Of a stretch of DNA of 64,000 nucleotides, positions 9,969 through 20,167 are shown piece after piece; within the stretch, counting starts at the first letter, position 1, and every line of letters begins with the position of its first letter. This DNA is from Tagaea sp. GTDB taxonomy: Bacteria; Pseudomonadota; Alphaproteobacteria; CACIAM-22H2. The notes under the pieces were generated by a model that saw only the letters and a list, made by a program, of their open reading frames with translations, ran no database searches and was not told the origin of the DNA. The stretch spans positions 9,917 through 73,916 of the forward strand of contig JBILXZ010000008.1 of NCBI GenBank assembly GCA_044378015.1, given 5' to 3'. The position numbers and the translations under genes are program-made.

Positions 9969-10517
9969 GCCGTATCGATCGCGAATTATTTGATTTGAAC
10001 TATTCTTGGTTTTTTGTGTTTCTTGGTTCTTATGCTCAGATTTCTGAGAATGCGGCGGGCGTCTACAGTGTTTGACCGCCAACTGAATGGGGCACCGTTC
10101 GTGCTTTCGGTGCGCTTGACCTCGGTAGGAATGTGGATGGCCGTCGATTTTCCTATGAAATCATTCGCAATCTAATTTGGCGCGAATTATATTTTGCCTC
10201 GCAAAATGCAAGGATATTCTGGATAAACTCCTCGACTCAACAGATAGTTTCGTTCGTGTGGCTATCGGCGACATCTGTTGCATTGCATTGACCGATCCTC
10301 ATCGTGTAAAAATTCCAACCGCGTAGTTTTGCCTTGGCATGCGAACCAAGTCCGGTTCGTGTCTTGGCCTGTCGGTCGCGACTATCTTTCTCGAACGGTA
10401 CGGCGGCACTTTGGAAATCGACAGCGGTCCGGTACGAGGAACCACGGCGAGGGCGAATTTTCCCGGCAGGCGTGGCGTATCGGTCGATAAGGTTGCTGCG
10501 AAGAAGCGGGGTTGTCG

Positions 10518-11813
10518 ATGAGCAGCCGAGCCCTCGTTCGTATCGATCGTGCGACTTTGCGCGAGCTTGTCGCGTCGCACGTGCGTTTTCTGCGCCGCGA
10601 TCCGGCCGGTCGACGTGCCAAGCTCGCCTTTTACGATCTGTCGGGCATGGAACTCGACGGGCTCGATCTATCCGGCGCCGACCTGACGGGCGCGCGGCTT
10701 AAAGGCTGTTCGGCGCGCGGCACGAGATTCGTCGGTGCTACGCTGTTCTGCGCCGATCTGCGCTTTGCGCGATTGCAGAGTGCCGACCTTTCGCGCGCCG
10801 ATCTGCGCGGCGTCAATCTGCGCGGCGCCGATCTCAGCGACGCGCGCATGCGCGAAGTCGACATGCGCGTGGGCGAACTTGCCCGCCAGGGGACGGGCGG
10901 CCAAGCCGAAGGCACGCTCGGCGGCGCTGTCGATGCGGCGACTGCGACGCTGAAGGGCGTCGATCTTTCGGGCGCGCGCCTCGTGCAAACCGTCGCGATG
11001 CAGGTCGATCTCAGCGACGCCAAGCTCGTTGGCGCCTCGCTCGACGGCGTGGATTTCCGCAACGCGAATTTCACCGGCGCGGATCTGCGCAAAGCGAATC
11101 TGCGCGACTGCAACATGTCGGGCGCCAATTTGCGCGGGTCCGTGATTTTGGGGGCCGCGTTCGAGGGCGTTGTGCTGGGCGATGCCGACGCGGCCGGCGC
11201 GATTCTCGACGCCAATGCGCGCGCCTCTTTCGCGCGTGCCGGCAATGCCAGCGTCAAGTTTCGCGAGCTGGCGGGATCTGTGGAGGAAGCGCTCGACGAC
11301 CACGCGCGCTGGATCGCGAGCCAAGGGGCTTCTGGCAAGCGGCTCGATCTGTCGAACGTGGATCTGTCCGGTTTCAGCTTCGACGGTAAGGATATGTCGG
11401 GCGCCGTGTTGCGCAATTCGGTCGCCGCGCGCGCGAGTTTCCGCGGGGCCGTGCTGGTGCTGGTCGATTTCGCGTCGTCCGATCTTTCGCACGCCGATTT
11501 CACGGATGCGGATCTGCGCGCAGGCACTTTCAAGCGCGGCTATATGGCCGACGCCAAATTCGCGGGCGCCAATCTCCAGCCGGTTCGCTTCGGCGGCGCG
11601 ACGGGCCAGGTCATGGCCGCGAGTTTCGAGCGCGCGCGTCTCTGGCGCGCCGATCTATCGCGCGCCGTTCTGCGCAAGGCTGAGCTGTCGCACGCCGATT
11701 TCTCGGAGGCGATCCTGAGAGCGGCTGATTTGCGCGAAGCCAATCTCGACGGCGCGCAGTTTTCGCACGCGGACCTGGCCGGGTGCCTGATCGACGGTCC
11801 TTTGCCGAATTGA
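10518..11813 (+). CDS. Pentapeptide-repeat protein (two modules)
   Basis: Extensive A(D/N)LXX repeats; two cap segments, SHVRFL...GRRAKL and DHARWI...GKRLDL. Confidence 0.9.
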   Translation: MSSRALVRIDRATLRELVASHVRFLRRDPAGRRAKLAFYDLSGMELDGLDLSGADLTGARLKGCSARGTRFVGATLFCADLRFARLQSADLSRADLRGVNLRGADLSDARMREVDMRVGELARQGTGGQAEGTLGGAVDAATATLKGVDLSGARLVQTVAMQVDLSDAKLVGASLDGVDFRNANFTGADLRKANLRDCNMSGANLRGSVILGAAFEGVVLGDADAAGAILDANARASFARAGNASVKFRELAGSVEEALDDHARWIASQGASGKRLDLSNVDLSGFSFDGKDMSGAVLRNSVAARASFRGAVLVLVDFASSDLSHADFTDADLRAGTFKRGYMADAKFAGANLQPVRFGGATGQVMAASFERARLWRADLSRAVLRKAELSHADFSEAILRAADLREANLDGAQFSHADLAGCLIDGPLPN

Positions 11814-11833
11814 GCCGTCTTGGATTCGACCGT

Positions 11834-12034
11834 CTAGGCTTTGACGTCGAGCGCTTTGCCGCGTCCGCTGTCGGCTGGCGGCGCAATTGTCGAAACGAGA
11901 TCGACCAGCGCCGATTGCGCATCATTGGCGGCGTTGAATGCCGAGATGGCGGCGGCCTGTTTGACGTCGGAATTGGCGCTGGACAAAGACGAGATCGCTT
12001 TTTCGCCCGCAACCGAGGAAATCGTTAACGACAT
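11834..12034 (-). CDS. Small YjfB-like ('putative motility') protein
   Basis: 66 aa; GGGAGA RBS; ends GRGKALDVKA, like the YjfB C-terminal G..(L/I)D..A. Confidence 0.55.
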   Translation of the reverse strand: MSLTISSVAGEKAISSLSSANSDVKQAAAISAFNAANDAQSALVDLVSTIAPPADSGRGKALDVKA

Positions 12035-12163
12035 AGGGATTCTCCCGAAAAACTGCACCACAACTTTTTCTAATGTAGCACGCAGAACGGCGTGTGTGCG
12101 AGAAACTTTTTATCCTATTGTTTTTGCTGTATTGTCGGCACTTCAATGGAAATACGTTGAACC

Positions 12164-15070
12164 ATGGCGAGCCTGACGCAAGCCCGCCTGCGCCGAACTG
12201 CAGCTGTCGCGTTTACGCTCGTGACCCTGCTCGGCGCTGCCCTCTTGTGGGTGCCAGAGGCGACCTTGAGGTATTCGGTCCGCCAAGGGGCATCGCTTGC
12301 AGGGCTGCAGCTTGCCGGTCTCGAGAAGGCATCGCTTTCGCTTTCGATGCGCGAGGGCGAAATTCTGCTCGGTGCGGTGGAGTTCATGAAACTTCATGCG
12401 GCGGGCACGAAACGGCCAGACACGCAAATGCCGGGCCTGCGCGTCGACGCGATCGATCTGCGCTTCGATTGGCGCAAGCTTCTGGCCGGCCGTTTGGAGC
12501 TGCCGAGCCTTCGCGTGCGGGGGCTCGCCCTCGAGCTCGAGCGCAATCGGGACGGCGGTTTTGCTGTTTCGGGCGTGGCTGTCGGCGGCGGCACCGCGGC
12601 GCCTTCCGAGCCTGCGCGGGGCGCTGGCGAATCGCTCGGCTTCGACTGGCCGATCGGGATCGACGTTGCCGAAATCCTCGATTCGACCCTTGTCTATCGC
12701 GACGGCGATCGCACGCTTGCCTTGAGGATCGAGAGCCTCAGGATCGAGCGCTTCGCATTCGACACGCAACCGCGCAAAGTCCGCTTTGCACTCGACGGCA
12801 CGCTGGCAGACGCTTCCTTTTCGGTGCGCGGCACTGCCGATCTCGGTGCGCCTTCGTTCGAGGGAAATGTCGAGGTCGCCGGGCTGGCGCTGGCGGCGGT
12901 TGCGAGCAAAGTCGGGCTCGAGCTTGGCGGCGTGCTCGCAGCCAAGCTCGACGTTGCCGTGTCGCAGCAGGCCGACGGTCCGATGGTGGCGCTCGTCGGC
13001 ATGGCCAATCTGGAAGGTTTGACCATGCCGGGGACGACCGCGGCCGCCGCGACATGGAACGGCCGCACGAGGTGGCAGGCGGCAAGCGGATTTTCGTTCG
13101 ACGGCGCGCTGACGGTGCGCGATTTCAAGCGCATTGCCGATGCCGGCACGCTGGCAGGCGAAGCAATAACCTATCGCGGGACCGCTGTACTCGGCCCACA
13201 GGGGGCGTTCGAATTGCGCGGCGGTGCCGAGCTTGCTTCGGTCGCGGTCGCCGCAGGCGCCGCCAAATTGCGCGCCGGCACGGTCGCGCTCGCTCGACTC
13301 GATTTGTCGCTGGCGCCGTCCGGCAGGATCCTTTTTGGCGGCAATCCGGCGCTGCGCGACGTCGCGTTCGAGCAAGGGACGATGTCGTTCGCGGCACAGA
13401 GCCTTGCCGCAGACGGGACTGCGTCGCACGACGCGGGCACGCTGCTTTTCGACGGTTCGATCGAGATGGCGGTTGCGAAATTCGACGACGACGAGGTGGG
13501 GGCGACGCTTGCGCAGCTGCGCTATCGCGGCGCCCTGGTGCGGCAGGGCGATGCGGTTTCCAGCAATGGCATGCCGGGCCTCGTTCGCGGATCGGCAAGC
13601 GCCAGCAAGGAAGGCTTGGCGATTTCGTTCGGCGAATTGCGCCACGAAGGGCGTGCTGCCGTGGCCCCTGTTCCGGCCCTCGCCGGTCGCCTTGCAGCAA
13701 GCGACTTCACGCTCGATGCGGCCGACGGCCGCACGCTTGCGGCGATCGGTCGAGTGACGGCTTCCGACCTTGCCGCCGACGCCGTCGGCACGCAGGCGCC
13801 GCGCGTAGAAATCGAGAATCTGCGATTGCTGCGTCGCGTCGCAGCCGGCGCAGGGCAGCCCGCTTTTCCCTGGCGACTCGAGGCCGCGCGCGCGTCTTTG
13901 CGCGATCTGCGTTTGGAGGGAATGCGCGCCGTTGCCGTAAACGCGATCCAGATCGAGCGTCCGCTCCTGCGTCTTACGCGAACCAAAGAAGGTTGGCTTA
14001 GCCTCGATGCCAAGCCCTCGCCGCCCGCATCGGCGCCTTCGTCGGCAGCAACCCCGACGCCGGTCGCGGCACCCGCACCGCTGCGCTATACGGTGGGGCG
14101 CCTGTCGTTCGGCGGCGGGCGCGCGGTCTTCGAGGACCGCGCGCCGCATGCGCCCGTACGTCTTGCCCTCGATCGGATCGAGGCGGATATCGTCGACATC
14201 GACAATATGCGCCCCGAGCGGCCAGTCGCGTTTTCACTGTCGACACGGGTCGGCGGTTTTGGACAGGCAACGGCGCAAGGGACGGCGGCCGTTTTTGCGC
14301 CGTTGTTGTCTTTCGATCTCGAACTTGTTGCAAATGCGATCGATCTGCCGCCGCTGTCCTCGTATGTCGACCAGGCTTTAGGCATCGACCTTCGCACCGG
14401 AACCGCCGACGTGGCCGCGACTTTGAACGCGCGCGACGAGCAGCTTGCGGGAACGACGAAATGGCGCTTCGCCAATCTGCGGATCGACGAACGTGCGCGC
14501 GCCGCCGACGAGCCCGCGCCGAAGCTGCCTGTGGCGACGGTGCTGGGCTTGCTCGCCGATGCAGACGGTACGATCGCGCTCGATATTCCGGTTGCGGGTC
14601 CTTTGCGAGATCCGCAATTCGACACGGCCGATGCGGTGCGCCAAGCCGTGGGCGGCGCGATCGACGGCGCTTTGTCGACGACGTTTTCGGTGCTGTTCCC
14701 GTTCGGCGTCCTCGTTTCGAACGCGATCGAAAGCGAACGGCGCGGCACGTCGGTTGTGCTGCCTGCACTCGCATTCGCGGACGGCAAAAGCGACATCGAA
14801 GCCGCCGCGTCCGAGCAGTTGCAGGCACTCGCGAACTTTCTCGAGAAACGCCCGGCGGCCCAGCTCGAAGTGTGCGGTTTTGCCAAAACGGGCGAGATCG
14901 AAAAGGCCGACGCAGCGGATCTGGAAGCGCTGGCCGGCGCGCGCTCGACGGCGGTGAAAGCGCGGTTGATCGAAGGCGGCAAGGTCGCGGCGACGCGCGT
15001 CTTTGAATGCCGCCCGCTGGTCGACGTAAGCCCCAACGCCAATGCGCGGGTCGAGCTGCGGTTCCTGTAG
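12164..15070 (+). CDS. DUF748 / AsmA-like envelope protein with C-terminal OmpA-like domain
   Basis: N-terminal TM; beta-rich body; LPPLSSY, LLADADGTIALDIPVAGPLRDPQF motif; C-terminal FADGKS...RVELRF. Confidence 0.8.
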   Translation: MASLTQARLRRTAAVAFTLVTLLGAALLWVPEATLRYSVRQGASLAGLQLAGLEKASLSLSMREGEILLGAVEFMKLHAAGTKRPDTQMPGLRVDAIDLRFDWRKLLAGRLELPSLRVRGLALELERNRDGGFAVSGVAVGGGTAAPSEPARGAGESLGFDWPIGIDVAEILDSTLVYRDGDRTLALRIESLRIERFAFDTQPRKVRFALDGTLADASFSVRGTADLGAPSFEGNVEVAGLALAAVASKVGLELGGVLAAKLDVAVSQQADGPMVALVGMANLEGLTMPGTTAAAATWNGRTRWQAASGFSFDGALTVRDFKRIADAGTLAGEAITYRGTAVLGPQGAFELRGGAELASVAVAAGAAKLRAGTVALARLDLSLAPSGRILFGGNPALRDVAFEQGTMSFAAQSLAADGTASHDAGTLLFDGSIEMAVAKFDDDEVGATLAQLRYRGALVRQGDAVSSNGMPGLVRGSASASKEGLAISFGELRHEGRAAVAPVPALAGRLAASDFTLDAADGRTLAAIGRVTASDLAADAVGTQAPRVEIENLRLLRRVAAGAGQPAFPWRLEAARASLRDLRLEGMRAVAVNAIQIERPLLRLTRTKEGWLSLDAKPSPPASAPSSAATPTPVAAPAPLRYTVGRLSFGGGRAVFEDRAPHAPVRLALDRIEADIVDIDNMRPERPVAFSLSTRVGGFGQATAQGTAAVFAPLLSFDLELVANAIDLPPLSSYVDQALGIDLRTGTADVAATLNARDEQLAGTTKWRFANLRIDERARAADEPAPKLPVATVLGLLADADGTIALDIPVAGPLRDPQFDTADAVRQAVGGAIDGALSTTFSVLFPFGVLVSNAIESERRGTSVVLPALAFADGKSDIEAAASEQLQALANFLEKRPAAQLEVCGFAKTGEIEKADAADLEALAGARSTAVKARLIEGGKVAATRVFECRPLVDVSPNANARVELRFL

Positions 15071-15082
15071 GCGCGATGGCGG

Positions 15083-16372
15083 TCAGTCGGGCGCGCGGGC
15101 GGCGACCTGCGGAGGCGCGCCGGTTGCGCCCGTGAAATCGGCGCCGGCGAAATCTGCGCCCGCGACATCGCATTCGCCGATCGAAATCCAGCGCAGATCG
15201 GCATTCGCGAACGACGCATTCGCGAGCTGGCACTGCTGGAATCTCGCGTGTCGCAGCACGGCCGCATCGAAGCGCGCGATCAGCGACCGCCCGGAGGCAA
15301 CGACCAGAGGGGCCAAGTTGCAGCCGTCGAACACAGCGCGCACGAGGTTTGCACCCTTGAGATTTGCGCCGCGCAGTTCGGCGCTTTTGAAGCTCGCGCC
15401 GCGCATGTCGGCGCCCTCGAAGAGGCCTGCTTGCAGCCAGGCGCCGTCGAAGCGCGCGTGGGCGATGCATGCGTCCTTGGCATTGAGCGAGGTGAGCAAC
15501 GCGTGTTCGGGCCATTCGATATCGCGCAAATCGAATCCCGAGATGTCGAGTGCGCGGCCTTTGGCGCCGCCGCTCTCGATCCACGCGGCGTGGTCGCTCA
15601 CGAGAATGTGCAGGGACTCATTGAGCATCGACATCGGCTTGCCGCGCGGCTGGCCGGTCAGCGCGCCCGTTTCGTCGCATCCCGTGCGGTCGGCTGCCGC
15701 CATCGTGGCGCCGTAGAGATTGGCGTTGCGCAAGACCGCCCCGCGCATGTCCGCGCGCGAGAGGTCGGCCCCTTCGAAATCCGCGCCCTCGAAGGTTGCG
15801 TTTCTCAGATCGGCATTGACGAGATTGGCGCCCTTCAGGATCGCGTCGGTGAAGTCGGCCGTCGTTGCGACCGAGCCCGACATTTTGGCTTGGCTGAGAT
15901 TCGCGTTCACCATCCGCGCGCGGGAAAGATCCGTCGGCTCGGCGGGTGCGGCGAGCGTCGCGACGTCGGCGGCGAGCAGTTTCGCGAAAACCGCACCCTC
16001 GCGCATATCGGCGTGGAACATTTCGGCCGACGTGAGGTCGGCCCCTTTGAGGATTGCGCCGCGCATGTCGGCGCGCGTTAGGTTGGCGCGCACGAGTTTG
16101 GCCTTGGTCAAGTTCGCGCAGTACAGAACCGCGCGCCGCAGGTCGGTGCCGCTTATGTCGCAATCGATCATGATGGCGCCGGTGAAATCGGCTTCCGCGA
16201 GGTTCTTGCAGGCGAGGTTGAGCCCCGTCAGGTTTCGGTAGCCGAAATTCGCGCGCTGCCCGCCTGCGCGGTTGCTCGCGAAAAGCTCGTGCTTCCGCAC
16301 CGCAAGATCGCACTCCTGCTGGTCCATGCTTTGGCAATTCTGGGATCGGTCCCGATCGGCCTCCGCGTGCAT
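15083..16372 (-). CDS. Pentapeptide-repeat protein (two modules), paralogue-like to 10518..11813
   Basis: ADL/ANL repeats; caps KHELF...GQRANF and DHAAWIESGGAKGRALDI. Start could be 16327. Confidence 0.9.
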   Translation of the reverse strand: MHAEADRDRSQNCQSMDQQECDLAVRKHELFASNRAGGQRANFGYRNLTGLNLACKNLAEADFTGAIMIDCDISGTDLRRAVLYCANLTKAKLVRANLTRADMRGAILKGADLTSAEMFHADMREGAVFAKLLAADVATLAAPAEPTDLSRARMVNANLSQAKMSGSVATTADFTDAILKGANLVNADLRNATFEGADFEGADLSRADMRGAVLRNANLYGATMAAADRTGCDETGALTGQPRGKPMSMLNESLHILVSDHAAWIESGGAKGRALDISGFDLRDIEWPEHALLTSLNAKDACIAHARFDGAWLQAGLFEGADMRGASFKSAELRGANLKGANLVRAVFDGCNLAPLVVASGRSLIARFDAAVLRHARFQQCQLANASFANADLRWISIGECDVAGADFAGADFTGATGAPPQVAARAPD

Positions 16373-16429
16373 CGCGTTTTCTCCTGGCAGCGCAAATCGC
16401 GTCGCGGCGATATTGCGTCCGTCCGTCCG

Positions 16430-17632
16430 TCAGGGCAAGGGCAGGGCTGCAAAGCGGTCTGGCTCCATGCCAGCGAGCGGGAAGGGACTCGGACGTCCCT
16501 CGACGAGGGCAGCGACGATCTGCGCCGTCAGCGGTGCGAGGGTTATGCCGTCGCCCTCGTGGCCGGCGGCGACGATCGCGTTGCGACGCAAGATCGAGCG
16601 GCCGAGCAAAGGGCGCTTGTCGGGAACGAACGGCCGAAGACCCGCAAAGGCCCGCAGGATCGTCGCCTTTGCGAGGGCCGGCACGCGCTTGGCGCCTTCA
16701 GCCAGAATTGTGCGATAGCCGTCGCCCGACACGCGTCTGTCGAAGCCCGCGAAAACGCGCGTGTTGCCGACGATATGCTGGCCGTGCGGCGTCGTTTCGA
16801 GCGTGAAGCCGTATCCCATGCGTTGAAGCGGGTCGCTCGACGTTTTGGCGGCTTCGGGATCGAGCTTGGCGGTCAAATACCGCGCCGAAACAAGAAAACG
16901 TGTGGCAAGAGGCGTTGCGCGCGCCGTGACGAGCAACTCGCCGCGGCGCGGCACAACCGGCAGCTCGAGCCCGGCAAGGGCGCCCAGTTCGCGGCTCCAG
17001 ATGCCTGCGCAAAAAACGAATTGTTCGGCCGCAAGGTCGATGCGTTCGCCGTCGACGCGCGCGAGGCTGGCGCGGGAAATTCGGTCGCCTGCCAAGTCGA
17101 ATTCCCTGACGGTCGTGTGCCACAGCGTCTGCGCGCCGCTTTCGCGCGCGGCCGCCACGAGCGCGAGCACGACGAGGTAGGGGGTTACTTGCGCCTCGTC
17201 GGGCACGTCGAGCGCGCCGTGAAGTTCGGGCGACAGATTGGGCTCGATCGCCAGCATGGCGGCCCGATCGACGCAGCGCGCGGCGATGCCTGCCTGTTTC
17301 AGCAGCGCGCAATGCGCTGCCATCTTGTCGATCTCGTCGGCCGCTTCGATGAGCATCAGTCCGCCGCAGCGTTTGTAGTCGATGCGCGAAGCGCCGAGCC
17401 GCTCGGCCAAAGCGGGGTAGAGGCTTTGGCTTGCCGCCGCCATCGCCAAGGACGGCCCCGGCGTCTTCGTCGAAACCGATACGTAGCCGTCGCACGCACC
17501 CGAACTGCCCGCATTCGGCAACGCGCTGTCGATCAAGACAACACGATGGCCGCCTTTGGCGAGCGTTTCGGCGCACGCGGCCCCCATGATTCCGGCGCCG
17601 AAAACGGCAATTTCAGTTTCGATGCGGCGCAT
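16430..17632 (-). CDS. FAD-dependent DAAO-family oxidoreductase (HcnC / OoxB / glycine oxidase-like)
   Basis: GAGIMG Rossmann motif, AGSSGAC, FAGLRP, AGHEGDGITLAP. Confidence 0.85.
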   Translation of the reverse strand: MRRIETEIAVFGAGIMGAACAETLAKGGHRVVLIDSALPNAGSSGACDGYVSVSTKTPGPSLAMAAASQSLYPALAERLGASRIDYKRCGGLMLIEAADEIDKMAAHCALLKQAGIAARCVDRAAMLAIEPNLSPELHGALDVPDEAQVTPYLVVLALVAAARESGAQTLWHTTVREFDLAGDRISRASLARVDGERIDLAAEQFVFCAGIWSRELGALAGLELPVVPRRGELLVTARATPLATRFLVSARYLTAKLDPEAAKTSSDPLQRMGYGFTLETTPHGQHIVGNTRVFAGFDRRVSGDGYRTILAEGAKRVPALAKATILRAFAGLRPFVPDKRPLLGRSILRRNAIVAAGHEGDGITLAPLTAQIVAALVEGRPSPFPLAGMEPDRFAALPLP

Positions 17633-17729
17633 AGGCGGCGATTGCTCCTCGAAAGCTTTCGTGACACGGTTCCGTGCAGATTTCAAACGGACTGCCGCCT
17701 TGTTCCGACCGATAGATCCCGCCGCCCAA

Positions 17730-19193
17730 GTGCACTCGTCGCCGCGCAGTCCGCTCGCGCAGGCTTTGCTGCGCGGCCCCCATCCCGCCCTGTGCGCGAT
17801 CGGGCATTGCTTCCAATGTCTGGACGCCGACGGCAAGCGCACCTGCGTATCGCCGCACGCCGATGCTGCCTCGTCGGCAATGCCGACTTGCGAGGCGATC
17901 GTGATCGGCGCGGGACCGGCGGGCTCGGCGTGTGCGCTTGCCCTTGCGGCCGAAGGGGTCGAAACCTTGCTGCTCGACGCCGATGCGGCGCCCGGCGGCA
18001 ATGTCTGGCGCAAGCCGCATGGGCCCGACGACCGTGGCAGCGGCGCGTGGCTGCGCGGCCGCATCCGTGCCGCCAGGCATCTTGCCCATCGGGCAGGTAT
18101 CGAGGTCCTGGATATCCGCGCCGGGCATGAGGTATGGGCGCTTGATGCCGCCGGGCGCGGCCATATTCTTGCCGCCAAGGCCGTAGTGCTGGCGACAGGG
18201 GCGATCGAGCGCAATGTCGCGATCCCGGGCTGGGAGTTGCCGGGCGTGTTCAATCTCGGCGCCTTGCAGGCTTTGGCCAAAGGGCAGGGCGTGGTGCCGC
18301 AAGGACCGACTTTGCTTGGCGGCAGCGGGCCACTGCTCTATCTCGTTGCCGACGAATTGCGCGCGGCGGGCGTCGAACTCGTCGCGGTCGTCGACGCGTC
18401 CGGGCTGCCCTCGCTGCGCGTGCTGAGCGCGTTGGCGTCGGCTCCGGGTCTTTTGGGTCGAGCCGCCGGTTTTGTTCTGCGCTTGATGCGTGCGCGCGTG
18501 CCGATTTTGCGTAAACACGCCTTAGTGCGCGTGGACGGCGACAAGACCGTCGCGTCGGCGATTGTTGCGGCCCTCGACGATCCTGCACGAACCCGCCGTT
18601 TCGACGTGTCGGTCGTCGGCGTCGGATACGGTTTGATGGCGAATATCGATCTCGTCCAGGTCGCCGGTGCGGCCGTCGCTTTCGATGCAGCCCTCGGCGG
18701 CTGGCACGCGCGCGCGGATGGGGTCGGCGAAACGAGCGTGCCCGATCTCTACGCGATCGGCGAAACGCGCGGCGTGCGCGGCGTGGAGGCTGCCTTGTGC
18801 GACGCGCCGGAGACCGCCGCCGCGATCGTCGCACGGCTCGGCCGCACGCCGTCGCAAGAGCTGCTCGAGGCCGTGCGGCGCGCGCGCCTCCGACGCGCAA
18901 GTTTCGAAAAGGCCGCGCGCGCTCTCGGCGCGTGGATGCGCGTCCCGCGGCCGGCGACCGCGCCCGAAACCGTCGTCTGCCGCTGCGAGGCGGTGCGGCA
19001 ACGCGATCTCGATGCGGCGCGCGCCCTCGATCTCGATGCGCCCGCCGCCCTCAAAATGGCGACTCGCCTCGGCATGGGCTTCTGCCAGGGGCGCGTGTGC
19101 GCCGCCGGCACGAGCGATCCTGCGGCCGGACCGCCGCGCGCGCGGTTTCCGATCCGCCCGTGCCCGGCCGACGCTTTCGGTCCGGTCGTCTAG
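17730..19193 (+). CDS. HcnA-HcnB / OoxA-like fusion (short 2Fe-2S segment + FAD/NAD oxidoreductase + BFD-like domain)
   Basis: CAIGHCFQC...RTC, then IGAGPAG, LATGAIER..IPGW.LPGV, C-terminal CRCE...GMGFCQGRVC. GTG 17730 start is uncertain. Confidence 0.75.
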   Translation: MHSSPRSPLAQALLRGPHPALCAIGHCFQCLDADGKRTCVSPHADAASSAMPTCEAIVIGAGPAGSACALALAAEGVETLLLDADAAPGGNVWRKPHGPDDRGSGAWLRGRIRAARHLAHRAGIEVLDIRAGHEVWALDAAGRGHILAAKAVVLATGAIERNVAIPGWELPGVFNLGALQALAKGQGVVPQGPTLLGGSGPLLYLVADELRAAGVELVAVVDASGLPSLRVLSALASAPGLLGRAAGFVLRLMRARVPILRKHALVRVDGDKTVASAIVAALDDPARTRRFDVSVVGVGYGLMANIDLVQVAGAAVAFDAALGGWHARADGVGETSVPDLYAIGETRGVRGVEAALCDAPETAAAIVARLGRTPSQELLEAVRRARLRRASFEKAARALGAWMRVPRPATAPETVVCRCEAVRQRDLDAARALDLDAPAALKMATRLGMGFCQGRVCAAGTSDPAAGPPRARFPIRPCPADAFGPVV

Positions 19194-19325
19194 CGCATCG
19201 GCTTCAGGCAGCGCGCTGCCGCGGCAGAGCCGCGCTGTCTTTGGCGGGGTTCCTGTTCGCGGGCCGATCGACGCGGTTGCGCATGTCGCCGGTCGCCATC
19301 GCGATCTCCTTTGCATTGCGCACGG

Positions 19326-19985
19326 CTACTTGGGCTGCGGCACGATGCGCAGATAGGGCTTGGGCGCCTTCCAGCCGCTCGGATATTTGGCCTTGGCCTG
19401 GTCGTCGGAGACCGAGCCCGCAATGATCACGTCTTCGCCGTTTTTCCAGTTCACCGGTGTGGCGACTTGGTGCTTGGCGGTGAGCTGTATCGAATCGAGC
19501 AGGCGCAGGACTTCGTCGAAATTGCGCCCGGATGTCATCGGATAGATCAGCATGGCTTTTATCTTCTTGTCGGGCCCGATGATGAAGACCGTGCGCACGG
19601 TCGCGTTGTCGGCGGCCGTGCGGCCGTCCGCGGCGCTGCCTTCGGCTTCGGGAAGCATGTCGTACAGCTTCGCGATTTCGAGCGTTGGATCGCCGATCAT
19701 CGGAAAATCGACTTTCGAGCCTTGCGTTTCCTCGATGTCGGCGGCCCAACGTGCGTGGTTGTCGACCGGATCGACGCTGAGGCCGATGACTTTCGTGTTG
19801 CGTTTAACGAATTCGGGCTTGAGGCGCGCGACACAGCCGAGTTTGGTTGTGCAGACGGGCGTGAAATCCTCGGGATGCGAAAACAGCACGGCCAAGCTGT
19901 CGCCGATCTATTCGTGGAAACGAATCGTGCCCTGGGTCGTTGCGGCGGTGAAGTCCGGCGCAACGGCGTTGATGCGTAAGGTCAT
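19326..19985 (-). pseudogene. 1-Cys peroxiredoxin (Prx6) pseudogene
   Basis: MTLRINAVAPDFTAATTQGTIRFHE*IGDS...FSHPEDFTPVCTTKLG: conserved Trp codon is TAG at 19908-19910, with other drift (KDF>EDF, TTEL>TTKL). Confidence 0.8.
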
Positions 19986-20085
19986 CGCTTGGATCTCTTT
20001 TTCGACGGAGTTCGAAGTGCGAGGTTACCGCTCAATAGAGGAATGCCGACAACGGATCGCTGCGAACAGATTTCGAGTATCTTTC

Positions 20086-20167
20086 TGTCAATAATTTGCG
20101 AAAAATTTTATGACAAGTTATGTTTACATAATAGAATACCGTGAATAAATGTATAATTCTAAATAAA
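20086..20167. promoter_or_regulatory. AT-rich puc promoter region with degenerate PpsR/CrtJ-like sites
   Basis: TGA-N12-ACA (20111-20128), TGT-N12-ATA (20121-20138), TGT-N12-AAA (20150-20167); TGTCA...TGACA inverted repeat at 20086-20115. No perfect TGT-N12-ACA. Confidence 0.4.

Noticed and set aside
12132-12165. Sigma28-like promoter for the YjfB-like gene (GCCGACAA)
   Set aside because: No correctly spaced TAAA -35 element.
16430-19193. Hydrogen cyanide synthase call
   Set aside because: The fold family is shared with opine and hydroxyproline dehydrogenases; nothing here fixes the substrate.
2890-19910. Amber (TAG) recoding suggested by two in-frame TAGs
   Set aside because: They replace different residues (Tyr, Trp), both genes show other decay, and TAG is a normal stop for many genes here.
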